Part shown: positions 45,807-54,374 of the stretch, piece after piece
Layout: every line of letters starts with the position of its first letter
How positions within the stretch are numbered: position 1 is the first letter of the stretch
Source: Dehalococcoidia bacterium
GTDB taxonomy: Bacteria; Chloroflexota; Dehalococcoidia; Lucifugimonadales; UBA2962
Assembly: GCA_965250195.1 (NCBI GenBank)
Contig: OZ252295.1
Span: forward strand, 2,586,887 to 2,650,886
DNA: 64,000 nucleotides
Direction: 5' to 3'
Notes under the pieces: model-generated
The model's input: the letters and a program-made list of their open reading frames with translations, nothing else
Databases searched by the model: none
Told to the model about the DNA's origin: nothing
Program-made: the position numbers and the translations under genes

Positions 45807-46991
45807 TTAGGGCACGTACAGTTCGGTCTCGGAATACGCGCCGTCCGGGCCGGTGCCGCCGGTAATCAGCGCCCGGCCGTCGGCCAGTATCGTGACGATG
45901 TGTCGGTATCTCTCATCCAGCAAGTCGGGAGCCACCGTCCAGGTATCCAGCTCCGGATCGTAGATCTCCACCGAGCCGCCCACAGCCAGCCCACCGCTGA
46001 CCATCACCTGTCCGTCGGCTAACAGCACCGCCGAGTGTTCGGACCGTTTATTCGCCAGTTCCGAGACCGGAGAGAACGCGGAGGTCGCCGGGTCCCATAT
46101 CTCTCCCGAATTCTTTGCCTTGCCCTGACCACCGACCACTAGGACCCGGCCGTCAGACAACAGGGTGACCGTGTGCAGTATCCGGCCGACCGACATCTCT
46201 CCGGCGTCCGTCCACGTATCGCTCGCCGGATCGTAGAGTTCTGCTGACTCAAGGTACGGGCCATCCATTTTGCCCCCCCCGACCACCAGCACCCTGCCGT
46301 CCGTGAGCGTGACGGCGACGTGCCGCCTGCGCTTCTCGCTCATCGACGCGGCTTCGGCCCACACACCGGTCGCGGGGTCGTAAATCTCAGTCGAGGCCAG
46401 CGTGCTGAACAGCTCGATATCAAGGCCGCCGGTTACGAGGACGCGACCGTCGTCGAGCACCGCCCAGGCCTCGGTCTCCCGCGCCACCGACAACGAACCG
46501 GTCAGGGTCCAGGTATCGGTTGTCGGGTCCCACAATTCCGCCGTGAGGAAGGGATCCAGGGTCACGCCCACCCCTCCTGCCACCAGTACTGATCCGTTGG
46601 GGAGGGCGGCCACCACCATCTGCCTGCGGCCCTCGACAAGAGAGCCCGTCCTTGTCCACTCGCCGGTTGCCGGATCATAGATCTCGGTCGTGTCGTAAAC
46701 CGTCGCCCGGATGGCCCGGCCGCCCTTGCCCCGACCGCCGATGGCCATCACCCGGCCGTCGGGTAGCGTCACCAAGTTGTGGTAAAAGCGATCATCGTGC
46801 ATCTTACCGGTGCTGGTGAACTCGCCGATCGACCGTGTGAGCTTCGCCGGCTCGTCGGCGCTGTCTGCGTCGCCGCCGGCATCGACGGATGTTGAAGTGG
46901 CAGCAGGTGCGCTGCTGCAGGCGACCAGGGCCATCGCCGCAACCAGGGCCAGCACAAATAGGGCCGCGATAAAGAGAGTCCGACGGTGCAT
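45807..46991 (-). CDS. Kelch-repeat beta-propeller lipoprotein
   Basis: Lipobox MALVAC. Repeated DGRVL(V)(V/T)GG and E(I/L)YDP units. Confidence 0.75.
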   Translation of the reverse strand: MHRRTLFIAALFVLALVAAMALVACSSAPAATSTSVDAGGDADSADEPAKLTRSIGEFTSTGKMHDDRFYHNLVTLPDGRVMAIGGRGKGGRAIRATVYDTTEIYDPATGEWTRTGSLVEGRRQMVVAALPNGSVLVAGGVGVTLDPFLTAELWDPTTDTWTLTGSLSVARETEAWAVLDDGRVLVTGGLDIELFSTLASTEIYDPATGVWAEAASMSEKRRRHVAVTLTDGRVLVVGGGKMDGPYLESAELYDPASDTWTDAGEMSVGRILHTVTLLSDGRVLVVGGQGKAKNSGEIWDPATSAFSPVSELANKRSEHSAVLLADGQVMVSGGLAVGGSVEIYDPELDTWTVAPDLLDERYRHIVTILADGRALITGGTGPDGAYSETELYVP

Positions 46992-47255
46992 CGAATCACC
47001 TCCCGCCGAACCCTATTCAGGTCCGGCGAAGATTCACCCGCGTTCCGTGGTTACAGGTACAAGGCCGACTTTACAGCATGCAGTCAACCCGTATACCGCT
47101 GTGACCTAATCATCTACACCGGAGAAGGTGGCAACGAGGGCGGACGACAGGTCGCCGACCAGCAGTTCACCAAGGGCAACAAGGCGTTTTGGTGCGCCCC
47201 GGCGGCCTCCGGCGCCGGTGGCATCGGTGATACGGCGTATCGGGGGGATACCGAT

Positions 47256-48488
47256 CTATATGGCACCCCGGCCCCTGAGGGCGGCCGCCTCGCCGGCGTC
47301 TATGCCCAGGACCTGGCCAAGTACCTCTTCTGTGTGTTCTGAGAGCAGGGGCGCCGCCGTGACCCGGACCACGTTGCCCTCAACCTTTATCGGGCAGCCG
47401 ATTCCCGTGTAGTCTCCCCGCACCGGGTCGCTTACATCGACCATCATCTCGCGCGCTCGCAGGTGCGGGTCGGTGAGCAGCTCGGCGGTGTCGCGTACCG
47501 CGCTGCACGGGATGCCGATGTCGCTCAGTTCGTCCATCACTTCGTATTTCGTTTTCGTTTTCGTCCAGCGCGACACGATTTCGGCGACCTCTTCCGGTCG
47601 CTCGGCCCTGGCCTGGTCGGTGGCGTAACGCTCGTCGCCGATCAGCTCGGGCCTGCCGGTGACGGCGAGCAGGGCGTCCCAGGCTTCTCCGCCAATGTTT
47701 ATGCTCACGTAGTCGTTTGGGCCGCCGCCCGAGCAGAGGTAGACGAAGTCGGGGATTCCCCAGATCCGGTTGCCGGTTCGCCGCACCGGCTCGCCCGCGG
47801 GCAGCGTCTCCACGTACCTGACCCGAATGAGGTTTAGCACCGCGTCCTGCATCGAGACCTCGACTTTCGGCGCGATACCGGTCTTATCGCGCTGCCGCAG
47901 GGCGGCGAGGATGCCGATGGCGCAGTGCAGCCCAGACCCCGAGTCTGCGATGCCGGACGAGGTAAAGACCGGTGGGCGGTCGGGGAAGCCGTTGGTGCTC
48001 ATCGCCCCCCCGGCCGCCTGTGCGACGTTCTCGTAGCTCTTGAGGTGCGCGTCAGGCCCGTAGGTTCCGAAGCCCTTTATGGACGCGACGACGAGGCGCG
48101 GGAACTCTTCTGACAACGTCTCGGGACCCAGCGCGAAGCTCTCCATGCGGCCGGGGGCGTAGTTCTCCACGACAACGTCGGACTCTGCGGCGAGACGTTT
48201 GAACAGGGACACGCCTTCCACAGACTTGAGGTTGACCGTGATGCCCCGCTTGTTGGCGTTGAAGACGAGGTAGTAGAAGCTGTCGACGTCCGGGCGGTCA
48301 GCCATCTCCCAGCGGGTTCTATCTCCCCGGCCCGGCTCCTCTATTTTGATGACGTCGGCCCCGAGCCATGCCAGTAGCTGGGTGCAGGACGGCCCTGCCT
48401 GCACCTGCGTAAGGTCGAGTATGCGTACGCCCTCTAACGGCCCGGTCCCCGAAGGCCTGGTCATTGGGGACTGTAGCTTCCTTTGCAT
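47256..48488 (-). CDS. CaiB/BaiF family III CoA-transferase (formyl-CoA transferase-like)
   Basis: N-terminal PLEGVRILDLTQVQAGPSCTQLLAWLGADVIKIEEP. Length 410 aa. Confidence 0.8.
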   Translation of the reverse strand: MQRKLQSPMTRPSGTGPLEGVRILDLTQVQAGPSCTQLLAWLGADVIKIEEPGRGDRTRWEMADRPDVDSFYYLVFNANKRGITVNLKSVEGVSLFKRLAAESDVVVENYAPGRMESFALGPETLSEEFPRLVVASIKGFGTYGPDAHLKSYENVAQAAGGAMSTNGFPDRPPVFTSSGIADSGSGLHCAIGILAALRQRDKTGIAPKVEVSMQDAVLNLIRVRYVETLPAGEPVRRTGNRIWGIPDFVYLCSGGGPNDYVSINIGGEAWDALLAVTGRPELIGDERYATDQARAERPEEVAEIVSRWTKTKTKYEVMDELSDIGIPCSAVRDTAELLTDPHLRAREMMVDVSDPVRGDYTGIGCPIKVEGNVVRVTAAPLLSEHTEEVLGQVLGIDAGEAAALRGRGAI

Positions 48489-48584
48489 GGCCCACCTCCG
48501 ATTGACGGGTTCGGCACGACTTGGGGGAAGTTTATGCGATTCCGCACGGCGAGCGGATTACGAAGGCTGGGGGATACCTAGATC

Positions 48585-48649
48585 GGCTCAGTTTCCCGCG
48601 CGGGGCCACACAGCCCCTAGAACGGGCCGCCCTGGCTCAACCGGCGGGG
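48585..48649 (+). repeat. array repeat R16 (last copy, next to the tRNA)
   Basis: GGCTCAGTTTCCCGCGCGGGGCCACACAGCCCCTAGAACGGGCCGCCCTGGCTCAACCGGCGGGG. Confidence 0.85.
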
Positions 48650-48812
48650 TCGAGTGTTCGGCTGTGAGGGCCCCACCTCAGTCGGATACAGCACAACTGG
48701 AAATGAGCCACCTGAGGGCGATAGGTGGGGCTAGGCGGGAAACCAGGGCCGATTGCCCTGTTTCACAACCTCATGCTATGACTGTCAAGCAGTCTATAGG
48801 CGAGAGGAGCGG

Positions 48813-48888
48813 TGGAGCCAACGAGCGGACTCGAACCGCTGACCTGCTGTTTACGAAACAGCTGCTCTACCGACTGAGCTACGTTGGC
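48813..48888 (-). tRNA. tRNA-Thr (anticodon CGU), CCA encoded
   Basis: Minus strand GCCAACG-TA-GCTC-AGTCGGTA-GAGC-A-GCTGT-TTCGTAA-ACAGC-AGGTC-AGCGG-TTCGAGT-CCGCT-CGTTGGC-T-CCA. All four stems pair, and U33 and A37 are present. Confidence 0.9.
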
Positions 48889-48894
48889 CTGCTC

Positions 48895-49404
48895 CTATGA
48901 TATCCGCCCCTCGTCGATCTTGCGCTGGAGATACGCGACGAATTCACCGTCGTATTTCGCCTGCACGTCCGGCCTGTTCCAGTCGCGTCCAGTGACTTTG
49001 CCACGGCAGTCGGTCGCACCACAGGCACACTCCCACTCCCAGTCATCGTCGTCCGTGGTGCCGTAGTCGAACGTCAACTCCTCCCCCTCGGCGATGGGGC
49101 GACGGGCCACGAAGATGACCTGACCCTGCACGGCCAGGTCGGGGTCGCAGGAGTGGTTGAGGTGCAACATCCCACCCTCCCGCTCCCCGTCGCTGGTCGG
49201 GCCCAGGAACAGGTCTTCGGCGATCTGTATCTCTGCTGGGCCGAGCTTCAATGACACCTCGTCGCGCTGATCCCGGTCCATCACATATCCACCTTTCACG
49301 CAGACGACCTCCCCCACCTCGATTGGGTCTGCCGTGAACAGCCCTCGGCCATGCACTCCACTGTCGCGCTTCTCTATCTTCGGCGAGAACCAACTGAGTT
49401 TCAT
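48895..49404 (-). CDS. SET-domain protein (putative lysine methyltransferase)
   Basis: NHSCDPD motif, ELTFDY, and a Cys-rich post-SET region (CACGATDCRG). Confidence 0.7.
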   Translation of the reverse strand: MKLSWFSPKIEKRDSGVHGRGLFTADPIEVGEVVCVKGGYVMDRDQRDEVSLKLGPAEIQIAEDLFLGPTSDGEREGGMLHLNHSCDPDLAVQGQVIFVARRPIAEGEELTFDYGTTDDDDWEWECACGATDCRGKVTGRDWNRPDVQAKYDGEFVAYLQRKIDEGRIS

Positions 49405-49436
49405 GACGGGATCACCATGTGGCGGTCAATTGCCTG

Positions 49437-50597
49437 CTAATGCCCCGTCGGGGCGTCGATGACGCGTTGGGCGATGATGTCGCGCATGATCTCTGAGGTT
49501 CCCGCGGCGATGGTCCATACCCGGTAGTCCCGGGCGAAGCGTTCAACGAATGTCTCTCGCATGTAGCCGTAACCACCGTGCAGTTGGACGGCGTCGTAGC
49601 CGACTTTCACAGCTGTCTCCGAGGCAACGAGTTTGGCCATCGAGACCTCTTTCGCACACTCTTTGCCCGCTGCGAACAGGTCCGCGGCATGGTACGTCAG
49701 ACCCTTCGCAGCCTCTATGCGCGTCGCCATGTCGGCGATCTTGTGCTGCAGGCCTTGTTTTGCGGCCAGTGGCCGACCAAACGCTTGACGTTGCTTGAGA
49801 TAGGCCTGGGTGTCTTCGAGCGCTCGTTCGGAGGCGGAGACGCACATGACTGCGACCATGAGGCGCTCGCGCTGCAGACCGGCGGCGAGCTGGTGGAACC
49901 CCCTGCCCTCCTCGCCCAAGAGGTCGGCGGCGGGTACCCGGACTCCGTCGAAGGTCAGCTCGGCGGTGTCGGAGGAGAGCATGCCGGTTTTGTCCATTTT
50001 CCGGGTGACGATGACGCCGGGCGTATCCCGCTGGACGAGAAATTGGGAGATGCCCCTGTGACGCTTATCTTCGCCAGGAGGTGCGGTCCGAGAGGCCACG
50101 AAGTACAGGTCGCCGTAGACGCCGTTGGTGGTGAAGGTCTTGGCGCCGGTGATGACCCAGTCATCTCCGTCGGGCACGGCTAGGGTCTCAATGCCGGCCA
50201 TGTCGGAGCCGGCGCCGGGCTCGGTGATGGCAAGGGCGCAGACGGTTTCGCCGTTGATGATGCCGGGTAAATAACGGGCCTTTTGGGCTTCGGTACCGAT
50301 GGCCGACAGCCAGGGCGACGACATGTCGGTGTGCACGATGACGGAGAAGGCAACGCCTCCGGCGCGGCAACGGGCAAGCTCTTCGGCCAGCACGACGGAC
50401 ATCCAAAAGTCGGCGCCGCCGCCACCGTATCGCTCGGGGTATTCGACTCCCAGGAAGCCCAGCTCACCCATCTGGCGAAACAGCGAACTGGGAATCTCGC
50501 CCTGCTCTTCCCATTCGTCGACGTTTGGGTCGATCTCCTCGCGCACGAAGCGGCGTACGGCGTCCCTGAAGATCTGGTGCTGGGCTGCAAAACTCAT
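49437..50597 (-). CDS. acyl-CoA dehydrogenase
   Basis: 386 aa. ACAD N-terminal, middle and C-terminal domain signatures (LAITEPGAGSD, GGYGY, TIAAGTSEI). Confidence 0.85.
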   Translation of the reverse strand: MSFAAQHQIFRDAVRRFVREEIDPNVDEWEEQGEIPSSLFRQMGELGFLGVEYPERYGGGGADFWMSVVLAEELARCRAGGVAFSVIVHTDMSSPWLSAIGTEAQKARYLPGIINGETVCALAITEPGAGSDMAGIETLAVPDGDDWVITGAKTFTTNGVYGDLYFVASRTAPPGEDKRHRGISQFLVQRDTPGVIVTRKMDKTGMLSSDTAELTFDGVRVPAADLLGEEGRGFHQLAAGLQRERLMVAVMCVSASERALEDTQAYLKQRQAFGRPLAAKQGLQHKIADMATRIEAAKGLTYHAADLFAAGKECAKEVSMAKLVASETAVKVGYDAVQLHGGYGYMRETFVERFARDYRVWTIAAGTSEIMRDIIAQRVIDAPTGH

Positions 50598-52237
50598 CGC
50601 GCTGGCCGGTCCCGACGGCGCAGTTCGTTGCGGCGTATTTTGCCGCTGACGGTCTTAGGGAGTTCATCGATGAACTCGATCTCCCTGGGGTATTTGTAGG
50701 GGGCCGTTGCCTCGCGCACATGGGCCTGCAACGTTTTTGCCAACTGATCGGACGGAGAGTTGCCCTGAGTCAGGGCGACGAAGGCCTTTACGATCTGGCC
50801 GCGAACGGGGTCGGGCTTGGCCACGACGGCTGCTTCGGCGACGGCCGGGTGCTCCATGAGCGCGGACTCGACTTCGAACGGCCCGATGCGGTACGAGGCA
50901 CTGATGATGAGGTCGTCGCCGCGGCCGAGGAACCAGAAGTAGCCGTCTTCGTCACGGGTGGCCAGGTCGCCGGTGAAGTACCAATCGCCCCTGAACGCTT
51001 TCGCGTTCGCCTCGGGGTCACGCCAGTAGCCCGGGAACAGACCAATTGGCCGCACTGGCGACGTGCGTGCGGCGATCTGGCCCACTTCGCCTGCGGGAAC
51101 CTCACGGCCGTCGTCATCCACTATGGCCAGATCGAATCCGGGGCAGGCAACGCCCATCGAGCCGGGTTTGTGTTGCATCCCTGGAAAAGTTGCCGCCATA
51201 AGGGTCGATTCGGTCTGGCCGTAGCCCTCCCAGATGTGCAGGCCGGTGCCCGCGCGCCAGGCGTCGATTACCTCGCCATCGACGGCCTCACCGGCGGCCA
51301 CGGTGTGGCGCAGCGCTCTGGGGCTGAATTTCGACAGGTCTTGCTGCACCATCATCCGGTAGGCCGTCGGCGGCGCGAAGAAGGTGGTGATGGGGAACTT
51401 TTCCAGGACGTCCAACGCAAGTGCGCCGTCGAAGCGGCTGCGCTGGTCCCAGATGAAGAGGGTCGCACCCATGTTCCAGGGCGCGAAGAAGGCGGTCCAC
51501 GCCGCCTGCGCCCAGCCGGTGTCGGCGAGGGTCCAGTGAAGATCGGTGGGCCGGTTGTCGAGCCAGAATTTTCCGGTGGCCACATGGCCTATCGGGTAGC
51601 TGGCGTGGGTGTTGAGCACCATTTTCGGGTTGCCCGTGGTGCCGGACGTGAAGTAGATCATCAGGGGATCTGTCGAAAGGTTGTTCGGGTGGGGCAGCTC
51701 CGGTGACGCGGCCGCCAACAGGTCTTCGAAACTGTTCGAGCCCTCTCCTCCTACGACGACGACGTCCCGCAAACTGGGGCACTCGCCCTTGACCGACTCC
51801 AGCTTCGAAAAGTTCTCGTGGTCGGTGATCGCCATTGACGCCTCTGACGCTCCGACTCGGTAGGCGATGTCCTTGGCCGTCAACAGCGTGGTGCCCGGCA
51901 CCGGCACGAGGCCCGCACGCATGCACCCGAGCACGATTTCCCACCATTCGACGACGCGGTGGAGCATAAGGAAGACGCGATCGCCCTTTTTCGCGCCCAG
52001 ACCGGTGAGGGCGTTGGCTACGCGCCTGGAACGCTCGGAAAACTCCCGGAACGTGACCTCACGGCAGGCCTGGCCGTCCGGCGCAAGCCAGATCATGGCC
52101 ACCTTTTCCGGGTCGTCGCCCCGGCGGTCGAAGACATCGAATGCCCAGTTGAATTTTTCCGGCACTTCCTGGCTGAAAGTGCGGTAGGTCTCGGCGTAGT
52201 CGCCGACCTGATAATTTTTTTGTTTTGCCGAGGTCAA
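50594..52237 (-). CDS. AMP-forming acyl-CoA synthetase (medium-chain type)
   Basis: YFTSGTTGNPK AMP-binding motif, GYGQTE, and C-terminal SGKIRR. 4-nt overlaps with both neighbouring genes. Confidence 0.85.
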   Translation of the reverse strand: MTSAKQKNYQVGDYAETYRTFSQEVPEKFNWAFDVFDRRGDDPEKVAMIWLAPDGQACREVTFREFSERSRRVANALTGLGAKKGDRVFLMLHRVVEWWEIVLGCMRAGLVPVPGTTLLTAKDIAYRVGASEASMAITDHENFSKLESVKGECPSLRDVVVVGGEGSNSFEDLLAAASPELPHPNNLSTDPLMIYFTSGTTGNPKMVLNTHASYPIGHVATGKFWLDNRPTDLHWTLADTGWAQAAWTAFFAPWNMGATLFIWDQRSRFDGALALDVLEKFPITTFFAPPTAYRMMVQQDLSKFSPRALRHTVAAGEAVDGEVIDAWRAGTGLHIWEGYGQTESTLMAATFPGMQHKPGSMGVACPGFDLAIVDDDGREVPAGEVGQIAARTSPVRPIGLFPGYWRDPEANAKAFRGDWYFTGDLATRDEDGYFWFLGRGDDLIISASYRIGPFEVESALMEHPAVAEAAVVAKPDPVRGQIVKAFVALTQGNSPSDQLAKTLQAHVREATAPYKYPREIEFIDELPKTVSGKIRRNELRRRDRPAR

Positions 52238-53409
52238 CTGCCAACTCCGGGACGAACTGGGCCGAGCGCGCCAGATTGGTGAAGATCTTCGACCTGTTCA
52301 GCGTCGTAACCCAGCTCATTGAGGATCTCGGCTGCGTGTTCGCCCTGCCCCGGCGGGCCCTCGGTCGGGCCGACGGACTGGCCGGAGAGCATGAACGGCT
52401 GTGCAAGAAATCGGCCCTCGCCGATGTTTCGAAAAATGCCCCTGGCCTGGAACTGGGGGTTGTCGAAAAGGTCGGCCAGGGCGGTGACGGGCGCGGCCGG
52501 GACGTCGGCGGCGCACAAAATCGACTCCCACTCAGCGGCGGGACGCTTCGCAAACGCCGCTCGCACGGCCTCGGTGATCGGCGTGCCACGCTCAACGCGC
52601 TCGGGGTAAGTCAGATCCGCCAGGTCCGCGAGACCGGCGGCCTGGCAAAAGCGGCGCCAGAAGTGGTCTTCGTCGACGATGCCCAGGCTGAACCAGCGCC
52701 CGTCGGCGCATTCGAAGGCGCCGTAGTGCGGGATGAACGTCACGTTCGGTTTCCCGTCGGCCTCACCGGTTCCGACACGGCCGATCTCGGGCGCCAGCAA
52801 TGCGAGCGTGGAGTCGGCCATCGACAGGTCTATGTAGGAGCCTCGCCCATTCGAACCGCGCTTAACGAGCGCCGCCAGCACCGCGATGGCCGCGTAGTGC
52901 GCGGAAGCGAGGTCGGAGATCAATACGGGGGGCGCCCAGGGGCGGCCCTCGAACCCTATCTGCGCTTGGAGATAGCCGCTAATGGCCAGGAGGTCGATGT
53001 CGTGGGCGGGCCGGTCGGCCCAGGGGCCGTCTTGCCCGAAGCCGGAGATTGCGCAGTAGACGAGGCCCGCGTTGCCCGCTGAAAGGGTCTCGTAGTCCGC
53101 GCCGAGGCGTTTCGCCACGCCGGGTCGCCATCCCTCCAGCACGACGTCAGCTTTGGTGCCAAGTCGTTTAAGAACGTCGCGGCCGCCCCCGGTCTTGAGG
53201 TCGAGGGTGATGCTGCGCTTGCCACGGTTGAGGCCCGACCACATGCCGGGAGCAAGACGGAGAGGGTCTCCGGCGGGCGGTTCGACCTTTACGACGCTGG
53301 CACCGAGGTCTGAGAGGATGGACGAACAGAACGGGCCCGGCACGTTCACGGTCAGGTTGATGACCGTCAGTCCGTCTAAGGGGAGCCGGTTCGCTGAGGG
53401 GTCAGCCAT
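52234..53409 (-). CDS. CaiB/BaiF family III CoA-transferase
   Basis: PLDGLTVINLTVNVPGPFCSSILSDLGASVVKVEPPAGDP. Length 391 aa. Confidence 0.8.
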   Translation of the reverse strand: MADPSANRLPLDGLTVINLTVNVPGPFCSSILSDLGASVVKVEPPAGDPLRLAPGMWSGLNRGKRSITLDLKTGGGRDVLKRLGTKADVVLEGWRPGVAKRLGADYETLSAGNAGLVYCAISGFGQDGPWADRPAHDIDLLAISGYLQAQIGFEGRPWAPPVLISDLASAHYAAIAVLAALVKRGSNGRGSYIDLSMADSTLALLAPEIGRVGTGEADGKPNVTFIPHYGAFECADGRWFSLGIVDEDHFWRRFCQAAGLADLADLTYPERVERGTPITEAVRAAFAKRPAAEWESILCAADVPAAPVTALADLFDNPQFQARGIFRNIGEGRFLAQPFMLSGQSVGPTEGPPGQGEHAAEILNELGYDAEQVEDLHQSGALGPVRPGVGS

Positions 53410-53418
53410 GATCCGCGT

Positions 53419-54363
53419 CTATTGAGGCGTCTGCGGCACCCCGGCCGCGCAGACTTCACGTTCGGCGTCGGTCAGTTCGATGTCCAGGGCCGACAGCGCG
53501 CCTTCGAGCTGCTCGGAACTTCGCATGCCGACGATGGTGGCGTCGAGCCGGGGCTGCTCTAGTAGCCACGCCAGGGCGGTCTGGGTGAGGGTGTGGCCCG
53601 CCCCGTCGGACGCGGCCTTGAGGCGTTCGACAAATTCGAACGCCCGCTCCTGCCAGTAGAGCCGGCGGTAGTTGAGGCCGCTGTTTAGCTTGTCTCCTTT
53701 GACGGGCTCGTGGCGGTCGAGGTACTTGCCGGTGAGCATGCCCCCGGCGAGCGCGCCGTAAGGGTAGATGGAGATGTCGTCATCGACGCAGAACGGAATT
53801 ACTTCGGCCTCTATGTCGCGCTCCAATAAGTTGTACCTGGGCTGGATGCACTCGAACCGGGCCAGCTTGCGGACGTCGGCTGTCCACTGGGATTTTGCGA
53901 TCTGCCATGCCGGGAAGTTGGAGCAGCCGAGATATCGCACTTTGCCCTGCCGCACGAGGTCGCCGAAGGCTTCCATGGTCTCTTCGATGGGGGTTGCAGG
54001 GTCGGGCTTGTGGGCGTAGAGGATGTCGACGTAGTCGGTGCCGAGGCGGCGCAATGTGCCCTCGATCTCGTGCATGATGTGCTTCCGGCTGAGGGTGGCG
54101 ATGTTCAGGCCGAAGGGCCCGGCGCCGACCTTGGACGCGACGATTGTTTCGTAGCGGCGACCTTCGATCGCCTTTCCCAAAATCTCCTCGGTCCGGCCCT
54201 CGTTGTAGGAGTTGGCGGTGTCGAAGAAGTTGACGCCCTCCCCGACTGCTCGGTCGATCAGCGCGAGCGACTCGGGCTCGTCGAGCCGCTCGCCGAACGC
54301 GACGGAGCCGAAGCAGATGCGGGAGACGAACAAGCCGGTGCGGCCTACCTGGCGGTGTTGCAT
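53419..54363 (-). CDS. aldo/keto reductase
   Basis: FDTANSY, VASKVG, DILYAHKPD, GCSN. Confidence 0.8.
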   Translation of the reverse strand: MQHRQVGRTGLFVSRICFGSVAFGERLDEPESLALIDRAVGEGVNFFDTANSYNEGRTEEILGKAIEGRRYETIVASKVGAGPFGLNIATLSRKHIMHEIEGTLRRLGTDYVDILYAHKPDPATPIEETMEAFGDLVRQGKVRYLGCSNFPAWQIAKSQWTADVRKLARFECIQPRYNLLERDIEAEVIPFCVDDDISIYPYGALAGGMLTGKYLDRHEPVKGDKLNSGLNYRRLYWQERAFEFVERLKAASDGAGHTLTQTALAWLLEQPRLDATIVGMRSSEQLEGALSALDIELTDAEREVCAAGVPQTPQ

Positions 54364-54374
54364 TCAGCTGGTCC

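Noticed and set aside
28735-48649. Calling the 65-nt repeats canonical integron attC sites.
   Set aside because: A GTTRRRY match (GTTGAGC) exists on the minus strand, but there is no partner RYYYAAC at the opposite end. There is no long imperfect palindrome pairing the two ends, and no intI or attI. I report only an integron-like architecture.
28735-48649. A CRISPR array.
   Set aside because: The repeats are 45-65 nt, imperfect, and separated by 0.1-4 kb of protein-coding DNA rather than by 25-50 nt spacers. No cas genes are present.
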